A stretch of 64,000 nt of DNA, taken from the NCBI RefSeq assembly GCF_963506605.1, contig NC_083277.1, forward strand, positions 114,824,001-114,888,000. The letters run 5' to 3'. Positions 12,300 through 25,900 of the stretch are shown here, piece by piece (the stretch's first letter is position 1; each line of letters opens with the position of its first letter). Position numbers and translations under genes: made by a program. The stretch is from Zootoca vivipara (taxonomy: Eukaryota). The notes under the pieces are model-generated. The model saw nothing but the letters and a program-made list of their open reading frames with translations. It had not been told where the DNA came from and ran no database searches.

Positions 12300-15155
12300 A
12301 CCAGCTTTATTATGAAATATGACTGCCACAAGGAAGGCTTGGGTGATAAAATACACTTGCAGCCCCAATGTTTGGAGAAGCAGAATACCCCGCAAAATAC
12401 AGAAGTTGGCCAGGCCTGCCTTAAAGAGAGAGAGAGTTTCCTGCAGCCATCAATCACTGAGGAGGGGGGGGATGCATTGCTCCCAAATGGGTTGTATTAG
12501 AAGGGAATACCAAAGTCTCCAAGGGTACCAATAGTTGCACACGTACTGTACTTCTGTAGGCACTCGATAAAAGATTAGACACTGTTATCACTCGAAGGCA
12601 AACAGGATGGACTTACGTCATGCAGAGGTTGAAATCAATGGGACTTGAGTTAGTCATCCAACCCAATGTTAACCCAGAACTGGAAAGTGAAATCTCAAGA
12701 GATTGTAGCACAATGCACAGTGTCAACATGTGTTGTCGTGAATCACCACGGTAGCCTCCGAGAACGATAAGGAAACCTTCAAGAGGCCACAGTCCCAGAA
12801 TTTCTGGATGCTGCATTGCCCCAGTGGAGAAGGCACAGCAGCTTCCCCAGCTGAAGGGGGAGCACATCACAATGATGTTAAGCTTCACGGTGGAATTTAA
12901 GTGCAACTTGATGGCACCTTGCACATCACCCACCTCCAAACTGCAGTAGGGCTGACCCCTTCTAATGCTATTGACCCAGAACTGGCCCCATAGCAGTGAC
13001 CATGTTGCTCCTGCTTCTTGCCCTGTTGCCCCAATGATCCCTGGGATTAGAAACGTCCAAGTTATTTTAATGCGAGTGTGCATGAAATACAAAAAATAAT
13101 AGCATTTACTCCTCAAAGGAATTCAAGGCAGCATGCATTTGCTCCATTCAATTCTCATGACAAACCCGCACGGTCGGTTGGGTTGAGAGGTAAGTGTGGC
13201 TTTCACACAGCCACCGAGTTTGTTCTATTCCTCAGCGAGATTTGAACCCGAGTCCGGTCAACACTGTGGCCACCAAGGAACTTCTGGGGGTTAACATGAG
13301 ATCTGTGGGACTCTAATGCTATGAAACGCCTCCCCTACACTGCACTCCAAAAGCTTCTTATATAGATGATTTAGCAGGAATGAGGGGCGAGGGAGGAGAG
13401 ACAGGGGACAACCCAGGGCTCTGCAACTTTGCAATCAGGGTCACAGTGTCCCCCACAAAGACTGCACAGCAGAGGATTCCTTGTGAAAATTATTTTGTAT
13501 TCCAGAGATCTGTAGTAGATGGGAGAACCCCACACACACATACACACATATGGAAGGCACTCTTTGCATGAATGTTAAGGATACATAACCCAGCCTGGCT
13601 CTGTTTTGATCTTCTTCACTAAAACAAACAAATGAAAATTCTGCAGCAAGCTTAATCCGCGCCAATGCAAGAAAAAAAATAGGCAGCCTGTGTAAATGCT
13701 GCAAATTAAATAAATTTGCATCTATCTGCTTTTTTGAAGCATAATTTATTCTGCTTCTGCTAAGAGGGACAGGCAAAGAGCTATGCAGGTCCGTCACCCC
13801 CCGCACCTGAGATTTCAGCCAGCATTGCCACTACTGCCACCAAGCATTGATTAAGGACTAGAAACTTGCCCTTTTAAAACAGAAAATTTATATTTTCACA
13901 GGATGCTGAACTCTATGCTGGGGGGCCTTCTCTGCTGTGATGTGCTGGTGGTGGAATGATTATCGCTTTCCAAGTAAAATAGGACACAGCCCACTGTCCC
14001 ATCCTTAGCATCTAGGGGGGGGGGAGAGAATTCAAGCTGGGAAGGAAATACCTTTACCCAAGACCTGCCAGTCTGGGCTGGATGGTCTGATTCTGTGCAA
14101 GGCAGCACTTGCTCATCTCTCCTATGTAAAAAGATGCCTCTCCTTACACTGGCCCACTTTCCTGGGTTAACCTTATCTCACCCCTCTTTCAGCAACCCTG
14201 TTCCCCTAAAACCCAACTTCCCACTTGGTAGGTCTCCACACACATCATCTCAGAGAGACCTCATGGGGCTGAGTGCTGGACCCATCCAATTTGCACACAT
14301 ACACACAGACCTCTCCAAACGGTGCCTGCAATATTTCTACCCTCCTTTTGCACAACAGCCGTGGACAAAACAGAAATGAGTTGCAGTTTTTCAGAGCCTG
14401 CCAGTCAGATGCCACGGGGTTTGTTTACCGAGGTGCACGAATCCCGGGGCATTCCCGCGAGTCAAATCCGTGATATTTTATCAAAACAAATTTCGAAAGC
14501 AAGTAGTAATTTTACGCATCAGAACTACTTCCCACATTGCAGCAATAATTCTCTCATTCCTTGAATGCCCATGCACGTCTTTCAGGCTGACTCCCTCCCT
14601 CTCTCTCCTTTTCACTTAAAACAACCATTCCAGTATCAACCGAAACCATATTTCTATTTTCTCCCTCCTCCACCACCCCGCTCTTCATGCAAAGAAATAA
14701 AAAAAGGGGGAAATCAGGCATAAGAGGCTCTTTTCAGAAACCCCACTCACAATTCAGAAATGTACGCTTCGGCTAGGAAAATACCAACTGTCTAAAAATA
14801 ACGCAAGGGGATTTCTGTGTGCGCTGGTGTATGTTTTTAGAAATGGGAAATGAATTAAATCACAGACTTATGAACGTCTTCCTGTGCCGGGAATCTAACC
14901 TGATAGGATATCCTATCCTAGGATACTGCCACTGAAAAGAACGTTAAAACCCCGGCTTATAATATAGCACAGATGATTGCATTTTGCAAACGGCTTGCAA
15001 CCCCCCCCCAAAAAAAACCAAAACACACACCCGGGTTAACATTCTCCTTTTTAGCGCCCACCCACTTCCAGAGAACTGATGCCATCTCCTACGATCCGCT
15101 AAATCCTAGGGAGAGAGATGAGTTTGCAGCATCACCGCAACGCTCGCCGGCTTAC

Positions 15156-16180
15156 CCGAATTGTTATCCATGTCGCTGCGTTTCCAGGCGCCCGGCTTCC
15201 GTTTGCAGATTTAACCTGACTCCGGGTTTGCAAAGCAGAAATCGCGTCGAGCGTTGCAGACCTGTGCGTGCCTGTGTGCTTGGCAAACGAGGCGCCCCTC
15301 AAAGCAGGCGAAAATAAATAAATAAATGGAAATAACGATCGGCAGCAAGTAGGCTAAGCGCTAAGGGAACCCTCTGCGGCTTCCCTCCTTTCCCCCCTCC
15401 CCTGCTTTCTCCCGCGGATGTGAGTGTGCGTGTGCGCGTGCTTGCTTGCTTGCTCCCGAGCTGCCGCGCTGCGAAATGGTTTCAGGTTCCCGAAAGCGGC
15501 GTTTTTGCAGCCTGCTGCCACTTCCACGTGCTTCCAAGCCCGGCTCCGGCTGCAGATTCCCCCGCTCGCTCGATCTCTCCCCCCCCCCAACTCCGGCGCT
15601 CCCTGGATTGTATAGGCGTGGGTGAGGCTTGCTCGCTTGCCGCTGCTGCTGCTTTTTTGCTTGTTCAACTCGGGGATTAGCCGCTCCTGTTTTCGAGCCA
15701 GGAGGGAGCGGGGGAGGGAGGATCTGGCTTGCCTTGGCGGCTGGCTCATGTGTAGCCTGCATGTGACAGCATCGGAAGCATGCCCCACTGACACACATTT
15801 CAGGCAGCCCAAGCGATGACATCAGCTCCCGCGGCCGCACATGGGCAGCAGGCGGAGGGAGGGGAAGGGGAGCTTGGCCTCGCTTCACACACACATTGCA
15901 GCAGCCCAGATCGGGGGTGGGGAAGGGGAGAGCACCCCCCCCCGCACCGACCCATTCGCGTCCCCCGCACCCACCCGCCGCCTGGCACGGGCCCATCTGG
16001 GACATAGGCAAGCGGCAGTTCCCAGCTTATTGTCAGCGGAGAAAGGGGTCACGTCCTGCTTTGCCCCAGAAGGGAGCCAAGCTGCCGCTCCGGATCCCGG
16101 GGGGGGGGGCGAGGATGACTTGGACAAGCGGGGGAAGGGAGAGAGTGGGGTGGCGATTAGCCGGAGGAGGGGCTGAGGCA
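15156..16180 (-). promoter_or_regulatory. RARG: CpG-rich promoter/first-exon region, candidate RARG 5' exon
   Basis: CpG-dense, repeat-free; minus-strand donor CGG|gtaagc at 15155. RARG assignment rests only on the human RARG(-)/MFSD5(+)/ESPL1(+) order. Confidence 0.35.
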
Positions 16181-17928
16181 TTCTCGGTATGCTCAGAAGC
16201 AGTGTCTTCTTCCTGGTGGTTCAATGAAATAAAAAGTGGTATAGGCAGCACCAGGCTGGGGGAAGCTACACCTGTTGGATTTCTGCCTGTGACCAGATTT
16301 TCTTAACTGCAGCTGGTTAAAAGTGCTGCAGTCAGTGAGCTTCCCAGATGGTGTTGGACTACAGCTCCCATCGTTCCCAGCCAGCTTGGCCCATTGGTCA
16401 GGGATGATGGGAATTGTAGTCCAACAACACCTGGGGACCCAAGGTGGAATAATTATAAGATTAGAGGACTTTTCTGCCCCTTTTGTTTTACTGAGAGAAT
16501 CTGTCCGTGAAATCACTGGGGCCTTAAAAGTGCCTGACTTTGGTTGGCTCATGGCCACCATGTTGTAAATCCTGCCAAAGTTCTGAAGACAAGAGTTGTT
16601 TATTTCTGTGATGTCATAATCAGTATACGGGTGGTTTTCCCTGCCAACGTTGACTAGTGACAACTAGTGACTACAGAGAGCTAAAGCCTAGTGACTAGTG
16701 ACTACAGAGAGTGAGGCAGGCTGCAACCCTGGGCTCACTTACCTGGGAGTAAATTCCACAGTGAAAATCAGTTAGACTTACTTTTGAGTAGACATGTCAA
16801 GGGCTGCAACTTTAAGCAAGTGTGAGCCACTCGAATTGGGAGTTCCAGGACTGAGAGAGTTCACTGAGTTTCTCAAGAGCTCAGGGTGGAACATAGGAAT
16901 CTGTCTGAGTCAGACAATTGTTTCATCTAGCTCTGCTGGCAGGAGGTGTGCGGGGATCGTGCCAGCCGTACCTGGAAATGGTGTGGCCTCCAAAACTTGG
17001 GGCTGCCTCTGTGCAAACCACCAACCATTTAAAAAGCCCCAAACTGCCAAATTATGCACCATAGAAATTAAAATCGCCCTACATCTGCTTAACCCTGGTG
17101 CGTGTGTCAATGCCATTTCAAGCAAGAAATACTTTGATTGCTTCTAAGATGCATTCATCAGGCCCAGACGGTTTTGAGAGACGGTTGTAAGAGAAAGGAA
17201 AACCCACAATTTGGGCCTCTTTAAATTGTCTCAGCTGGAGGAACTGTTTCAGAAATTTTATGTAGAACACAGATGGGATCATCTAATGAAATCTGGGTAT
17301 GCTTAACCTTACTGAAATACTGTAAATTAAATCAGAGCAATAAGACTTAAGAAGAGCCCAAAGGCCTATCTCGTCCTGCATTCTGTTTTCACAGTGGCCA
17401 TCCAGATGCCTATGACAAACCCACAAAAAGGGCATAGATTAGTAATAATAATAATTTATAATTATAGTTTATTATTTGTACCCCGCCCATCTGACTGGGT
17501 CGAACTAGCCCTCCTTTGCTGTTGTTGCCCCCCACAACTATGACTCCACCTGCACCTTACATTTAAAGCAGCAATATTCCGCTTTTACAAGTCATGGTTT
17601 ATCCCAAAGAATCCTGGGAACTGTAGTTTGTTAAGCATGTTGAGAGTTGTTAGGAGAACCCTATTCCCCTTGCAGAGCCACAATTCTTAAAGTGCTTTAA
17701 CAGTCCAACCCTCTTCCCATTGAGCTCTGAGAACTGTGGCTCTGTGAAGGGACAAGGAGTCCCCTCTCAGCAAACTACAGTTCCCATGATCCTTTGGTGG
17801 AAGCCATGATTGCTTGAAGTGGTGTGATATGGCTTTAAATGCAAGGTGCAGATGTGGCCGATACTGAGACACATATAGCCCCTGAAACCTAAAGATTGCA
17901 TATAGCCATCACCACTAATTGCTCAGTG

Positions 17929-17931
<3 letters not shown>

Positions 17932-17982
<51 letters not shown>
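17932..17982. repeat. (CT)n microsatellite
   Basis: Direct reading. Confidence 0.95.
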
Positions 17983-17985
<3 letters not shown>

Positions 17986-18866
17986 TTGTGTCTTTGTTCC
18001 CTTCACTGCTACTGCCCATATTGTAATACCAAGCTTAAGATAAAACTTGGGTTATAGGATCATAGAACTGCAGAGTTGGGTCATCTAGTCCAACCCCCTG
18101 CAATGCAGGAATCTTTTTTGCGGGCCTTGAATCCACAGCCCTGAGATTAAGAGTCTCATGCTCTACTAAATGAGTCTGGAAGTTAGAATGACGGTCTGGA
18201 AGTTAGAATGACAGCTCAGGCCTGTAGCACAAAACAGCTAATGCCAAAAAATAAAAAAATAATGTATTCTTTTTAAAATACAGAAACCAATGTTTGCAAT
18301 GGATGAATTGGTTAAAAACAGAGGTGTGTGAGACAGGAAGTTATATACCAGGGCACAGAGAAAGCCCCTGCTGAATATGAAACTGGGACAACCGCTATTA
18401 ATAGGATGTAAAAAAAACACAGAGAGAGAAACTGGGACAGTGCAGTGAACCATTAACATACTGCCATGACAAAGGTTTTAAAAGTGAGGCAGAAGGTGGG
18501 GGGGGGCACCCGAAGTTAGAGAGCTGGAACGGGAAGCTGACAATTTAATTTACTCAAGTCTGTTTCTCCTAAAAGTTTGTTCTGCTCTGAAAATAGAGTT
18601 TGTGTTCTGGGTCCTGAGCATCTGAGAACATTTGATCAGCCAGGGAAATATCAGTCATTGGCCTTGCTGAGGAAAAGTCTTTCTATGGCATGGGAGAAGT
18701 GCATGAAGGTTTAGGACAGGACCATGCAAGGCATCCTGGAGACTGTAAGAGCCGAGAAGTTCCTGTTTAGGGAAGTTTTTAATCTGTGATATTTTAATGT
18801 AATTTAGTATTTGTTGGAAGCTGCCCAGAGTGGTGGGGAAAACCCAGCCAGATGGGCGGGGTATAA

Positions 18867-18912
<46 letters not shown>
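18867..18912. repeat. (AAT)n microsatellite, tail of a LINE-type 3' end
   Basis: Follows cccagagtggtggggaaaacccagccagatgggcggggtata, a 3' end repeated many times in the window. Confidence 0.85.
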
Positions 18913-18913
<1 letters not shown>

Positions 18914-20139
18914 ACAGCGAGTTGAGGCGGCAGTGCCCATGGCAGAGTGGGAGCTCCAGATCTGATTTGGTCCCAGTTCTCAGGGAAGCCCTCCTGCCCA
19001 ATCCCCACAAATAGAAGCAGTTAAGAAAATGGGAAGCCTCCCATTCATTTCAGCAAAGTGGGTGCAATCAGATTTGACGGCCACCAGGTCTGATAGCTTT
19101 TTAAAGGGATTTGATGAATGGAAGAAAAAAACAGTCACGGCTACACTGCAGTCTCCAGGTTTCAGAGGAAGGCTTGTGGCTTGTGTCGGGCTCCCCAGAG
19201 GTACCTTGTGGTGGCCCACTGTGGGAACAGGATGCTGGACTGTCTGTGTAGGTTTTGGGTCTCATCCCGCAAGGCTCTCCTTACATTCTGATGGGGCTTG
19301 TGCAGGAGAACTTCCCAAGGCCACACTTCACAGCACTGTGCGGTCACAAACCACCTCTAGATATTGCGCATGCGCAGAAGATGACAGCACATGGATGCTT
19401 CTCCAATGGAGAAGTCTCGAACACGGGTTTGAGTGCGTAATCTGCCTAGCATGTGGCTGCAAAGAAGGCTCAATTTGCAGCTTGCATTGCTTGCATCCTC
19501 TGGTAGCCGGCCAGTGGAGTTTTTTCGGATGGCTCAGAGGTTATGGTGGGGGAGGGACCTCTGGAGCTTTCAAATATCTGCTGTAACCAACTTGGAGGAG
19601 AAAGTTGCTTGACTTTGGGGTGATCTGGACTCTGCACTTGTCGCTGCTCCAGCTGAAGCATCCAGTGCCATTATCGAGTTGCATGGTGGGATCAGTTTCA
19701 CCTTGTGCAATCAGCTGACGTGGACAAGGTGCTTGGTGGCAATACATCCGACCACATGCCTTTAATAAGCCATGTTCCTCCTAGCTTATTAAAACTTGCA
19801 GAGGGGGGCTGACTGGTTGGGTCCAGAATGCAGCTAGCACTTCATTGTGTGTTACCTTGAAAGAGGCAGTAGTGTAGCTGCTCCTTGAGAAACCAGCTCT
19901 GGACCCTTTATATTGGAACAATTATTGACCAGTCACAAATGCCCCCTTGGGGCAAAAGGCGGTGGAGAGGATTGCAGTGGGGCAGCTGCAAGCAATTTGG
20001 GGCGACACAGATTATAGGGATCCATTCTAATCTGGAATCCAGCTTTTGGATCGAGCTGTCACTTGGTGGCTCAGCAAGCCTTTGTGGCTAGAAGTGCCTT
20101 TGACCAACAGCAATTGGTATGGCCATTCCTGGACTAGGA

Positions 20140-20375
20140 AAGCTTGGCCACAGTTCATGCATTAGTTATTTCAAGACTAGGTTACTGCAATCCACACTAT
20201 GTGGGGCTTCCCTTGGGCTTGATCTGGAAGCTGCAGTTAGTGCAGAATGCTGCAGCACAGACTAACACCTCGTCAGCATATAACTCCTGTGCTCAGAGAT
20301 CTACACTAGTTGCCAATTTGCTACCATGCCAAGTTCAAGGTGTTACCATTAGTACATAAAGTCCTTAACAACTAG
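20140..20375 (+). mobile_element. Degenerate L2 LINE ORF2 fragment
   Basis: HALVISRLGYCN...GLP...KLQLVQNAAA, the typical L2/CR1-clade C-terminal motif. Confidence 0.8.
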
Positions 20376-21716
20376 TTTACTTGTGAGGTTGCCATATGTG
20401 CCCACTCGACTGCTTCAGTCTGCGGAATCTCTGTCTCTTCAGCCCCGAGTGTGATGAAAACATCCCATCACACCTACTGCAAAAGCTGCAGCAGAATTAC
20501 ATACCCTCAGAGGATACAAACTGTTGTTCTAGGTATGCCAATCCCCAGGGACACCTAGAGCAAAATAAGGAAACTGCCTTATCCCACGTCAAGCTTTTTG
20601 TCCATCCAGCCCAGTATTGCCTGCTCTGATTGGCAGCAGTTCTCCAGGGTCTCGGGGTCTCAGAAGCCTTTGCTATCATGCTCTTTCTGAGTCCAGAACA
20701 GTGATCCACACAGTTACATAAGGGATGGTGTGCAATGTATCACTCAAGCTAGTGTTGCTTCAGCAAAATGATTTCTGCTTGTTCAACAAGACTCCTCCCC
20801 GCACCCAGGTCTCCCAGGCACCCCCTAAATCTGTTCTGGGTTTACCCCCGCCTCTGTGGAGCAGATCTGGAGACAGCATGTGCAAGGGGAAGGAGGAGAG
20901 AGGGTGGAAGTCCCATTGCACTTGCTCAAGAATTTATTTCAACACTGTCCAAGAGCTGGTCCCCTTTTTCCAAGAAGTTCTCCCCTCCTCTTACATAAGC
21001 CTTTTCGGGATGCAAGAGTAAAGTGTGTCACCAGTTTTAATGCAGAAGCTATTAGAAATTTGTAGAACAGTGGTTTATATGATTGTGTGTTGTTCAAGGC
21101 CTCCCCTGGCTGTCTCGCCTCACCCTGCCGAGGGATGACTTCCCATACCATGCTTTCCCCAATGTTCCCTACTGCAGTCAGACAGCAATTCATCTAAAAA
21201 GAAACCTTTGAGGAGTTTGAAGAATCCCAGGGAAGAAAGAAGGGATTGAGCTGTTGTTAAATGGCAACCCAGAACCAGCTGAGCTCCTTCTGCCTGTTTG
21301 TGACAGTTCACACACAAAAAAAACAGCACCGCACACACGTAGGTGGCCCAGAAACCCTAACTCTCTGCTTCCCTTCCACTCCCCCCCCCCACCTCTCTGG
21401 GTGACCCAGATTCCTGCATGGAACCATTACGTTTGGCTAAATAAGTAGAAGGCAAAGAATCACCGTCCTTTCAGTTATAGACAAAAGGAGATGCAATGTT
21501 TTGTTACACGACTTGTTACATGCTCTGTGGATGGGTTTAAAAATAAAGAACAAGAGCAAACAGAGGTCGCAGCTCAGCCGAACCCATCAACAAGAGGGTT
21601 GTGGAAGCTTTAGGGCTTCCAGGAAGAACATTGTGGCAAGGTGAAGATCAATGGGGCTGTATAACTGCAATCTTACTGATTTGGGGTAAATCTGGTTGAT
21701 ACCAATGAGGCTTAAA

Positions 21717-22076
21717 AAGGTAAAGGTAAAGGGGCCCCTGACCATCAGGTCCAGTCGTGTCCGACTCTGGGGTTGCGGCGCTCATCTCGCTCTATAGGCC
21801 GAGGGAGCCAGCGTTTGTCCGCAGACAGCTTCCGGGTCATGTGGCCAGCATGACAAAGCTGCTTCTGGCAGCCGGAGCGGTCCCTATTTATCTACTTGAC
21901 AAAGCTGCTTCTGGCAGCCGGAGCGGTCCCTATTTATCTACTTGCACTTTGATGTTCTTTCGAACTGCTAGGTGGGCAGGAGCTGGGACCAAGCAACGGG
22001 AGCTCACCCTGTTGCAGGGATTCGAACCGCCGACCTTCTGATCAGCAAGCCCTAGACTCTGTGGTTTAACCCACAG
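21717..22076 (-). mobile_element. Sauria SINE with internal tandem duplication
   Basis: Reverse-complement homologue of 11948-12299; ~45-bp unit (tgacaaagctgcttctggcagccggagcggtccctatttatctact) repeated. Confidence 0.9.
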
Positions 22077-23479
22077 TAATCTATATGTTATTGTCATGTG
22101 CATGGCCCATTTTCTATGTAAAATGCCTTGAAGAGACTTGCAGTTGTAAAAGGTATACACATACAATAATTTAAAACAAACATCCTTTAGTTTAGGCAGA
22201 ATGCAACCCTGACCAGAACAGGGAACCATCCGCTGGCAGTGCCTCAGGGTCCTACCTGGGTTGAGCTTCAGTTTCTTGGCTCTCATCCAGTCCATTACAG
22301 AAGCAAGATGCTGGTCTGATGCATCCACTGCCTCACCTGCAGATATACAGGAGAAGTAGAGCTGTGTGTCACCAGCATATTGACAGCAACGCTTCTGCAA
22401 CGGTAAATCCTATCTCACTAACTGGTTAAAAGCTGGTTTTGGGTGTCTTGAAAAGGCAATTTGATGTTAGATTGAATAATATTAATAACACAAATAAGTA
22501 GTAATATGTTTAATGCCAGAGAGAGGAAAGAGCCAGTTATGGGATTTTCCAACTTGGGTACCAACAGCACCAATTTCAGGTGAGATCTTGCCCTCAAATG
22601 GATGTGACCTTGCCCAAAATTGGCGCTGATGGTGCAGGCAGGGCAAATTGGCGCTGATGGTGCAGGCAGGCCACCTGAAGCAGCAGCCTCACCCTGCCTA
22701 ACAGCTGGATCAGCTCTGCTTGTATGCTTTTGACCATTCCATACCCAGTACCCATCTCTTTATTCTGAATAAACAGAGCTCTGGGAGCTTCATTCAACTT
22801 TGCTTCACACATCAGGCAGGAAATTGGAAGCCAGCCTTAATCCCAGTGACCTCCTGTTCATCATCTACGGATGAAGGGCAGTACACAAATTTAATTAATA
22901 ATAACGATTTTGTTGGCATCCGTCTGTCTTGAGAGACAATGGAGTGCACCTCAGGGGTGACGTTAAACTGCTGTAACACCAAATAATATAAATTTTTCTA
23001 GGCGCTGTACAGAATAAAACATAACAATAAACTGCTCCAACTGTTTTAGGGACCCCACTCCAGATTTGTGTAGGGTTTACTACAGAGCTTTTTCTTCTCT
23101 TGAAGATATCCTGCAAAGCAGGTTTAGGATCAGTGTTTTCCTTCTCCTAATCACAACAACCTGGGGTGCCAACTTTAATAAAATGGGAGGGGGGGCAGGT
23201 AAGCCCCACTCTGCATAATCAATCACAAGATGTGGTGCACGCACGCCATTTGAATTACAATGCCCATCAATTTAGGGGGGCAGCCCCCTCGAATATTTTA
23301 TGGAAGGGACCTCAGCCCGTAGGAGCTGGCTCTTATGACACCACAACAACAACCAAGCAATAACAAGGGAGGTCGCTTAAGGTGCTGAGGCGGCCCTTAA
23401 ATCTGGCGAGGTTGGGGCTTTATTTTTGTAAAACTTCGGCCCGACCTCGAGGGAGGAAAAGAGAGATTAAGCTTTAGCT

Positions 23480-23950
23480 GCCCTCAATCCTCTCTTCCCT
23501 TGATCCACCCGCAGCAAGAGGCGCGACCTCCCCAACTCCGATCAGCTGCGGAGAAGCACACGTGCGGCGCCGGGAGTCCCATCTGCGAAGCCGCTGCTCC
23601 TCGCGTGCAAGCCCAGCCAGGGGTGGAAGAGGGGAGGACGCGGCCGGGCTGAGCCCTCCGGCTGCTCGGCCTCCCGCTCGGGGGCCACCCCGGGCAGGCC
23701 AGGGCGAAGGCGGCGCTAATCTCCCCTGGCGCAGATCCGCCCCGGGCGGCGCAGGTTTAGCGAGGGGGAGCCATGTGCCCCAAGGGGCGCGGCTCAGCGT
23801 GACTCGCTCGGCGCACATGGGCAGGGGCGATGCGAGGACAGGGAAGGAGCGGCGGGGAAGCCTGCAATGGCTGCTCTTAGCAAGGGGGGGGGTGGAGATT
23901 GGCGCGATTCCATTCCCATGGACGCGCGCCCTGGAGGCTGACACGTGTCA
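23480..23950. promoter_or_regulatory. CpG island-like region, possible distal promoter or enhancer
   Basis: High GC/CpG, two CACGTG E-boxes (~23559, ~23943), GC boxes, inverted CCAAT; no credible ORF. Confidence 0.45.
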
Positions 23951-24240
23951 TTATAACAATACGAATTTATAATACAATTACTAATACCAATCGTTCAGAT
24001 ACCGAATTACATACTTTAAATAAGGTCGCCCCCCCTTCGCTAGAATTGATGGTTTGATTATTGTCTTCATTTCTGCGTTCCAAATCTTACTAATTTCTCT
24101 TACGTTCCGGTCATCATAATAATTCCTTATACAACAACTGCAACATTAATAACTTCTATTCGTGTTGACACATTAAATGATTTATAAAACTCCTGCTACT
24201 TGTATCGACAGCTAGAAATCCTATGTGCTGTTTACCCCAT

Positions 24241-24385
24241 CATAGAATTGCAGAGTTGGAGGGGACCCTGTGGATCATCTAGTCCAACCCCCTGCAATGC
24301 AGGAATTATAGTTGTCCCATACGGGGGATCAAACCTGCAACATTGGCAATATCGGTGCCATGCTCTAACCTACTGAGCTACCCAG
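24241..24385 (-). mobile_element. tRNA-derived SINE with CR1-like tail
   Basis: Homologous to 40066-40206; related copies at ~4375, 18055, 33115, 34208 and 41325. Confidence 0.75.
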
Positions 24386-24644
24386 CTCTGCATTTCACTG
24401 CATTTCTTTGCTGGAAATGGACACCTGTTGCCTGTTCAAAGCATATAACATAGGAGCCAACTCCTAGGGGCCGAGGGGACTTCACCCCCCCCCATGGAAT
24501 ATTTGAGGGGGCCCAAAGATGAAGGGAACTTCATTCAAATGGGGTGAGTGTGCGCGCGCAGTGTCATGTGATTATGTGGGGCAGGGCTTATTTTATTTAA
24601 ATTGGCACCCCTGGCTTATAACGTGTCCCCCCACCCCGGGTATT

Positions 24645-25096
24645 CAGGGCCGGTGCTAGGGCTTTTTGCGCCCTAGGCAAAATTACCTTCTGGTGGCCCC
24701 CAGCAAATGCGTCATGACGCATGCGTCATGCCCCACACACAACGCCGCTGACGCCCCGCGTCCCCTCCATAGACAGGAGGAGCGCAAGCCAAAAGGAGAG
24801 CTCAGCGTCCTCCCGCCTATGGAGGGGACGCTGTGAGCTCCTCAGCGGCTGCAGCGAGTGAGTGGCGGCGGCAGCAGCAGCACCCATAGCTGAAGGTTTC
24901 AGCTACGGGCGCTGCTGCCGCTCACTTTCTACAGCCGCTGAGGAGCTCACAGCATCCCCTCCATAGGCGGGAGGAGCACGTGCCATGGGAGGGCGGCGGT
25001 GGCACGGGGGTTTTGCGGGGCAGGCTGGCCAGTGCCCCCTCCATTTACACGCCCTAGGCGACTGCCTAGTCCGCCTAAATGGACGCACCGGCCCTG
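24645..25096. mobile_element. Non-autonomous hAT element with GC-rich interior
   Basis: Perfect 12-bp TIR cagggccggtgc/gcaccggccctg; 8-bp TSD cgggtatt/caggtatt (one CpG-type change). Confidence 0.9.
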
Positions 25097-25900
25097 CAGG
25101 TATTATGATCAAGTAAAACAATAGAAATACTTAACTAACTGACCAATCATGACAGTTCTGCCCCCCTAACAAAAGTATTGCCCCCCCCTAACAAAAAACC
25201 TGGCTACGTGCATGATTGACACCCATCTATCTATATAGTATATTTCATAGTACTGTATTCCCCCTTGATAAGAGCTAAACCAGCCCATTTCCTCACACCA
25301 GGAACCAATTTCATAATGTCAAGTGAAGAGGCAAATGCAAGATTGCTGTCATCTCCCCTTTTTTAAAGCCCAATTTTGGACATACAGGATATAAGCCACT
25401 AGATTGGGTGGGGGATGTATGGGGCTGTGTGATTGCAACTGTGCAAAATCACTATTCTGCTTTTTGGTGGGGGAAATCTGTAGGAGAGGGGGCCTTTTCA
25501 GTGATGGCTCCATGGTTATGGAATGCTCTCTTTAGGAAGTCACCTGGTGCCTACATTGTTGTCTTTTGGGGAAGGGAAGTTCCTGTTCTCCTAGGCTTTT
25601 AAAGATTACTGTACTATATATTAAAGGCCCTGTGGCATTATTGATGGTTTTAGTGTATTTGATGGCTATTTCAGTTCTGTGCTGCATCTGCTACCTCAGC
25701 ATGGTGGCTTTATATCTGGGGTTTTATGCTGGTTGCTTCTTAAATTTACTTTGATTTTATTGTTATATTTTATTCTGTACAGCACCTAGAAAATTTAATA
25801 TTATGTGGTGTTTCATAAATTTAATGCATCTATCGATTGAAGCCTGCAATTCCCAGAGGAGGAAGTCCATATTTACAGGAAGTATGTGAGCAATATGTAA

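Noticed and set aside
15354-16306. Many overlapping ORFs in the GC-rich block
   Set aside because: Stop-poor GC-rich sequence with no recognisable domain
16653-16710. Short repeats (ctagtgactacagagag x2); similar duplications at ~18174, 22617 and 40605
   Set aside because: Local tandem duplications with no spacer array; CRISPR is not applicable to this eukaryotic locus
1-24000. Canonical RARG coding exons (MATNKE-type or MYDCME-type A regions, zinc fingers)
   Set aside because: None found in the ORF track or by eye; they presumably lie left of the window
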